In this document: positions 18,021 to 21,454 of the stretch, piece by piece
Numbering within the stretch: position 1 is the stretch's first letter
How the letters are laid out: every line of letters begins with the position of its first letter
DNA from: an uncultured bacterium
Lineage (GTDB): Bacteria > CAIJMQ01
NCBI GenBank assembly: GCA_964573245.1
Contig: CAZNJA010000021.1
Span: 1-21,454 of the forward strand
Length of the DNA: 21,454 nt
Direction: 5' to 3'
Position numbers and translations under genes: made by a program
The notes under the pieces: model-generated
What the model was told of the DNA's origin: nothing
Databases searched by the model: none
Seen by the model: only the letters and a program-made list of their open reading frames with translations

Positions 18021-18098
18021 AAATCACCCCGAGAAATTCAAAGAATTTCCGGCCCCTAGAAATGCAGAGCATTCCACGGGGAAAGATTCCAGAGGGAA
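18021..18098 (+). repeat. Family C element containing a 29-nt CCCC...GGGG hairpin (18053-18081)
   Basis: 18021-18073 matches 21401-21453 at 52/53 nt. Contains a GAAATTC-AAA-GAATTTC hairpin. Confidence 0.9.
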
Positions 18099-18118
18099 AG
18101 CAAAAAGGCAAAACTAAA

Positions 18119-20293
18119 GTGAAAAAACAGCTAGTATTTATTTTTACAGCTCTTTTGTTTTTAGCGATTTGTTGCACATTGACTTACTGCGAACCCGATG
18201 TAACTGATTTGCACAACCAAAGCGTGAAAATCGATAAGGCGCCGAACATATATTTTTCGGAAACCGCTTTTGATTTTGGGTTCGTATATCAGGGAGAGAA
18301 AGTAGAGCATATATTTAAATTCAAGAATATCGGAGACACAGGGCTGACAATAGATAAGGTAAGAGCATCATGCGGCTGTACTGCTGCCGTCATTTCCGAC
18401 ACGTATATCCCGCCCAGTGGCGAGGGTGAAATAAAGGCGACTTTCAATACCGCCGGGTATATAGGGCGGCAAAGCCAAAGCATTTATGTCCAAACAAATG
18501 ACCCCCTGAATCCCACGATAGTACTCCAAGTTAAGGGAGAGGTTAAAATAGAAATCAAAGTAAGCCCCCATTCCATACAATTCGGAGATATCCCCCCGCA
18601 TACTTCTGCTGTCAGCCGAATTGAAATAATCCAAAAAGGAGAGCAAGCGCTTATAATCGACAAAATAAAAACACACAGCAATTACATAAAAATAGACAAG
18701 GTAGAAAAAAGAATACATCAAGGTAAAAATATTTATTCTTTGGACGTTTCCTTAACACCCAAAACACCCGCAGGGCGTTTTTTTGACAGACTTGAAGTCT
18801 ATACTAATTTGGAAAGGAAACCCTTAATTTTAATAGGAGCACAGGGAAGGATTTTAGGAGATATAATGCTTTCTCCGGAACGAATAATTTTCAAAACAGT
18901 GCCCGGCGAGAAAAAAGTTTCTTCCGTTACTATTTCTTCAGAAGACGATGACTTTGAAATTCGAAAAGTGGAAAGCACTATAAAATATCTTTCTGTGGAA
19001 CTCATTCCTATTGAAACATTTAAAAAATACAGGATTGATCTTAATATAGATACAAAAATCCCCGTGGGTTTAATCGACGGCGAGATAATAGTGTACACAA
19101 ATCGTCCGCGAGAAACCGAGTTAAGGATACCGGTTTTGGGACAGATAATAAAACCCGCCTTGTCGGATACCTTCACGGGTCTACAGGGTTCCGCCTCAAC
19201 CCAAACGCAGACCCGCTCGAACGAAATCCAAATAGGTTATTTCTTTGAAAGAGGTTGTTTGGATTGCGAACACGTGCATAGTCTTTTACAATCCTTACAA
19301 GAAGAATTTCCCTCTATCACGATTGAGGAATATGATATAGGCGTAAGAGAAAACATGGGATTAAATGAGGCGCTATGCGAAATTTATGGCATTCCCGAAG
19401 AGAAAAGACTGATAACGCCCACAATTTTCGTAGGCAAAGATTATTTGATAGGAAAAGGGATCACAAGACAAAAAATCATCGAACTGACCAATAAATATCC
19501 GAAAGGCGCTTCTTTGCCGCTGGAGGAAGCAGCCAAAAGCGCAGATGTTGCGGAAAGCAGCATAGCGGATAGGTTCCAGCATTTCGGTATTTTCGCCATA
19601 ATAGCGGCGGGACTGTTGGACGGAGTCAATCCTTGCGCTTTTGCCACGATAATATTTTTCATTTCATATCTTACCATCTTAAAAAGAAAGGGGCGGGAAA
19701 TTGTCATTGTGGGAATCGCTTTCACATCCGCTATCTTTATCACATATTTTTTAATTGGCATTGGGTTGCTCGAGTTTTTGAAATATCTTACCTTTCTTAA
19801 ACATTTCACGAAATTTTTATACGTGCTCGTTGCGGCACTTACTTTTCTTCTCGGCATTTTAAGTTTTTGGGATTTTCTTAAAAGCAGGAAAGGGAAGGCA
19901 ACCGAATCCGTATTGCAACTTCCCCGCTTTTTGAAAAATAAAATACATTCCACAATTAAGGAACAAGCGAATTTAAGAAGATATGTTCTTGCGGCTTTTA
20001 TAACGGGGTTCATTGTCTCCATATTGGAAATGGCTTGCACCGGACAGGTTTATTTGCCCACGATTGTTTACGCGACTGGAATCAGCGATTTGAGATTTGC
20101 CGCTTATATATCTCTTTTACTTTATAACATCATGTTTATTACTCCGCTTATCGTGATTTTTATACTGGCGTATTTTGGAGCGACAGCTATCGATTTAAGC
20201 GATACTTTGGGCAAAAATATGGCGCTGATAAAGCTTTTGCTGTCTATTCTATTCTTTATTTTCACCGCGTTTTTGGTAATGTTGTTGATATGA
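18119..20293 (+). CDS. DUF1573/Ig-like + thioredoxin-like CxxC + CcdA/DsbD-like membrane domain fusion protein
   Basis: Signal-like N-terminus from GTG 18119, SCGCT, GCLDC, LDGVNPCAF, LEMACTGQVYLP and several TM segments. Confidence 0.8.
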   Translation: MKKQLVFIFTALLFLAICCTLTYCEPDVTDLHNQSVKIDKAPNIYFSETAFDFGFVYQGEKVEHIFKFKNIGDTGLTIDKVRASCGCTAAVISDTYIPPSGEGEIKATFNTAGYIGRQSQSIYVQTNDPLNPTIVLQVKGEVKIEIKVSPHSIQFGDIPPHTSAVSRIEIIQKGEQALIIDKIKTHSNYIKIDKVEKRIHQGKNIYSLDVSLTPKTPAGRFFDRLEVYTNLERKPLILIGAQGRILGDIMLSPERIIFKTVPGEKKVSSVTISSEDDDFEIRKVESTIKYLSVELIPIETFKKYRIDLNIDTKIPVGLIDGEIIVYTNRPRETELRIPVLGQIIKPALSDTFTGLQGSASTQTQTRSNEIQIGYFFERGCLDCEHVHSLLQSLQEEFPSITIEEYDIGVRENMGLNEALCEIYGIPEEKRLITPTIFVGKDYLIGKGITRQKIIELTNKYPKGASLPLEEAAKSADVAESSIADRFQHFGIFAIIAAGLLDGVNPCAFATIIFFISYLTILKRKGREIVIVGIAFTSAIFITYFLIGIGLLEFLKYLTFLKHFTKFLYVLVAALTFLLGILSFWDFLKSRKGKATESVLQLPRFLKNKIHSTIKEQANLRRYVLAAFITGFIVSILEMACTGQVYLPTIVYATGISDLRFAAYISLLLYNIMFITPLIVIFILAYFGATAIDLSDTLGKNMALIKLLLSILFFIFTAFLVMLLI

Positions 20294-20309
20294 GCGGGAG
20301 AAAACAAAA

Positions 20310-21401
20310 TTGTTTAAAAAAAAAGTTCTGGTTGCAATGAGCGGCGGCGTAGACTCTTCGGTAGCGGCGTTTTTACTAAAAGAAGAGAAAAAATACGATG
20401 TCATTGGTGCAAATTTTAAGTTATTTGATGCTCAAACGAAACCTTATTACAAAAATCAAAACACCAAAGACGCTCAAGCTGTCTGCGAAAAAATAGGGAT
20501 TCCGTTTTACTCTTTTGATTATAGCAGGGAATTCAAAGAGAAAGTTATCAATTATTTTTGCGCAGAGTACTCGAAAGGAAAGACCCCCAACCCATGCGTT
20601 ATGTGCAACGAAAAAATAAAATTTGGCGCACTCTTTAGCAAAGCAAAATCATTGGGCGCGGATTATATCGCAACGGGACATTATGCCAGAAAAGCGCATA
20701 ATAAAAAAACAAAAAGGTATGTCCTAAAAAAGAGTAAAGATAAAAACAAAGACCAATCCTACTTTTTATTCTTTCTGACGCAGGGACAACTTAAATCTAC
20801 TCTTTTCCCGCTTGGGGGTTACACCAAGGAGGAAGTGCGCCAAATCGCGAAAAAGATCGGTTTGAAAACTCACAATAAACCAGAAAGCCAAGATGTTTGC
20901 TTTATCTATGGCCGAGACTACCATGAGTTTTTGGAAACTCATCTAAAAGGTTTTTATAAACCCGGCCCGATTACCCGTAGCAAAGGCGAAGTCGTAGGCA
21001 AACATAAAGGCATCCCGTTTTATACAATAGGGCAAAGAAAAGGCTTGGGACCCCATAAAAAGGCGATGTATGTTACTGGCATTGATAGCAAAAAGAATGT
21101 TATAGTAATCGGAGAAGAAAAAGAACTTTATCAGGACACTTTATTCGCGGAAAAGGTTACATGGACAGGGATAAGCAAATTAAAAGAGCCGCTGAAAGTA
21201 AAAGCCAAAACGAGATACGGGAGCAAAGAAAGCGAAGCGGTTATTTCTCCTACGGATAAAGGGATGGTTAACCCACACACCAAAGATTTTGGTGTGTGGG
21301 TTAAAGTAAAATTTGCCAAACCGCAAAGAGCAATTACTCCCGGACAAGCGGTAGTGTTTTATAATAAAGACATTGTTGTCGGCGGAGGGTGGATAAAATA
21401 A
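20310..21401 (+). CDS. mnmA: tRNA-specific 2-thiouridylase MnmA with an 11-aa palindromic insert
   Basis: AMSGGVDSS, TPNPCVMCN, ATGHYA, KDQSYFL, ESQDVCF, TIGQRKGL, AITPGQ. TTG start with GGGAG upstream. Confidence 0.97.
   Translation: MFKKKVLVAMSGGVDSSVAAFLLKEEKKYDVIGANFKLFDAQTKPYYKNQNTKDAQAVCEKIGIPFYSFDYSREFKEKVINYFCAEYSKGKTPNPCVMCNEKIKFGALFSKAKSLGADYIATGHYARKAHNKKTKRYVLKKSKDKNKDQSYFLFFLTQGQLKSTLFPLGGYTKEEVRQIAKKIGLKTHNKPESQDVCFIYGRDYHEFLETHLKGFYKPGPITRSKGEVVGKHKGIPFYTIGQRKGLGPHKKAMYVTGIDSKKNVIVIGEEKELYQDTLFAEKVTWTGISKLKEPLKVKAKTRYGSKESEAVISPTDKGMVNPHTKDFGVWVKVKFAKPQRAITPGQAVVFYNKDIVVGGGWIK
21272..21300. mobile_element. Family B 29-nt perfect hairpin with TTAA duplication, in frame in mnmA
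   Basis: TTAA-CCCACACACCAAA-GAT-TTTGGTGTGTGGG-TTAA. Confidence 0.92.
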
Positions 21402-21454
21402 AATTACCCCGAGAAATTCAAAGAATTTCCGGCCCCTAGAAATGCAGAGCATTT
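21401..21454 (+). repeat. Family C element, second near-identical copy, truncated by the window end
   Basis: 52/53 identity to 18021-18073. Confidence 0.9.

Noticed and set aside
18062-18118. N-terminal extension MQSIPRGKIPEG... of the 743-aa ORF
   Set aside because: That ATG lies inside the family C repeat; GTG 18119 gives a typical signal-peptide start.
19153-19183. ACCCG...CGGGT-CTA in the interdomain linker as another decayed insert
   Set aside because: Only a 5-bp stem, and linker length cannot be judged without orthologs.

Overview
AT-rich bacterial chromosomal segment of mostly housekeeping genes. Minus strand, left to right: rsgA (partial), DEAD-box helicase, tmRNA, smpB, AmmeMemoRadiSam protein A, a membrane protein, panC, an M48 lipoprotein peptidase, folK, a fused membrane/spermidine-synthase-like TPR protein, secG, pgk, gap and a DUF1573 protein. 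Plus strand: a sulfur/Fe-S cluster of rrf2, cysK, a ThiI-like gene, nadA, nifU-like, a DUF1573-thioredoxin-CcdA fusion and mnmA. The striking feature is a dense set of tiny (about 20-105 nt) palindromic elements from several families, with no transposase in the window. Six sit in frame, without stops, inside four conserved genes: AMMECR1-like, panC twice, nadA twice and mnmA. One more rewrites the 3' end of gap. Five copies share CCC(C)GTTAGA...TCTAACGGG(G) termini, several have 4-nt T-N-N-A junctions (perfect TTAA and TGAA duplications), and a 21-24-nt hairpin family occurs only nested inside other repeats. This resembles a Rickettsia-palindromic-element-like system that inserts peptides into proteins. 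All calls come from reading the sequence; no database searches were run.
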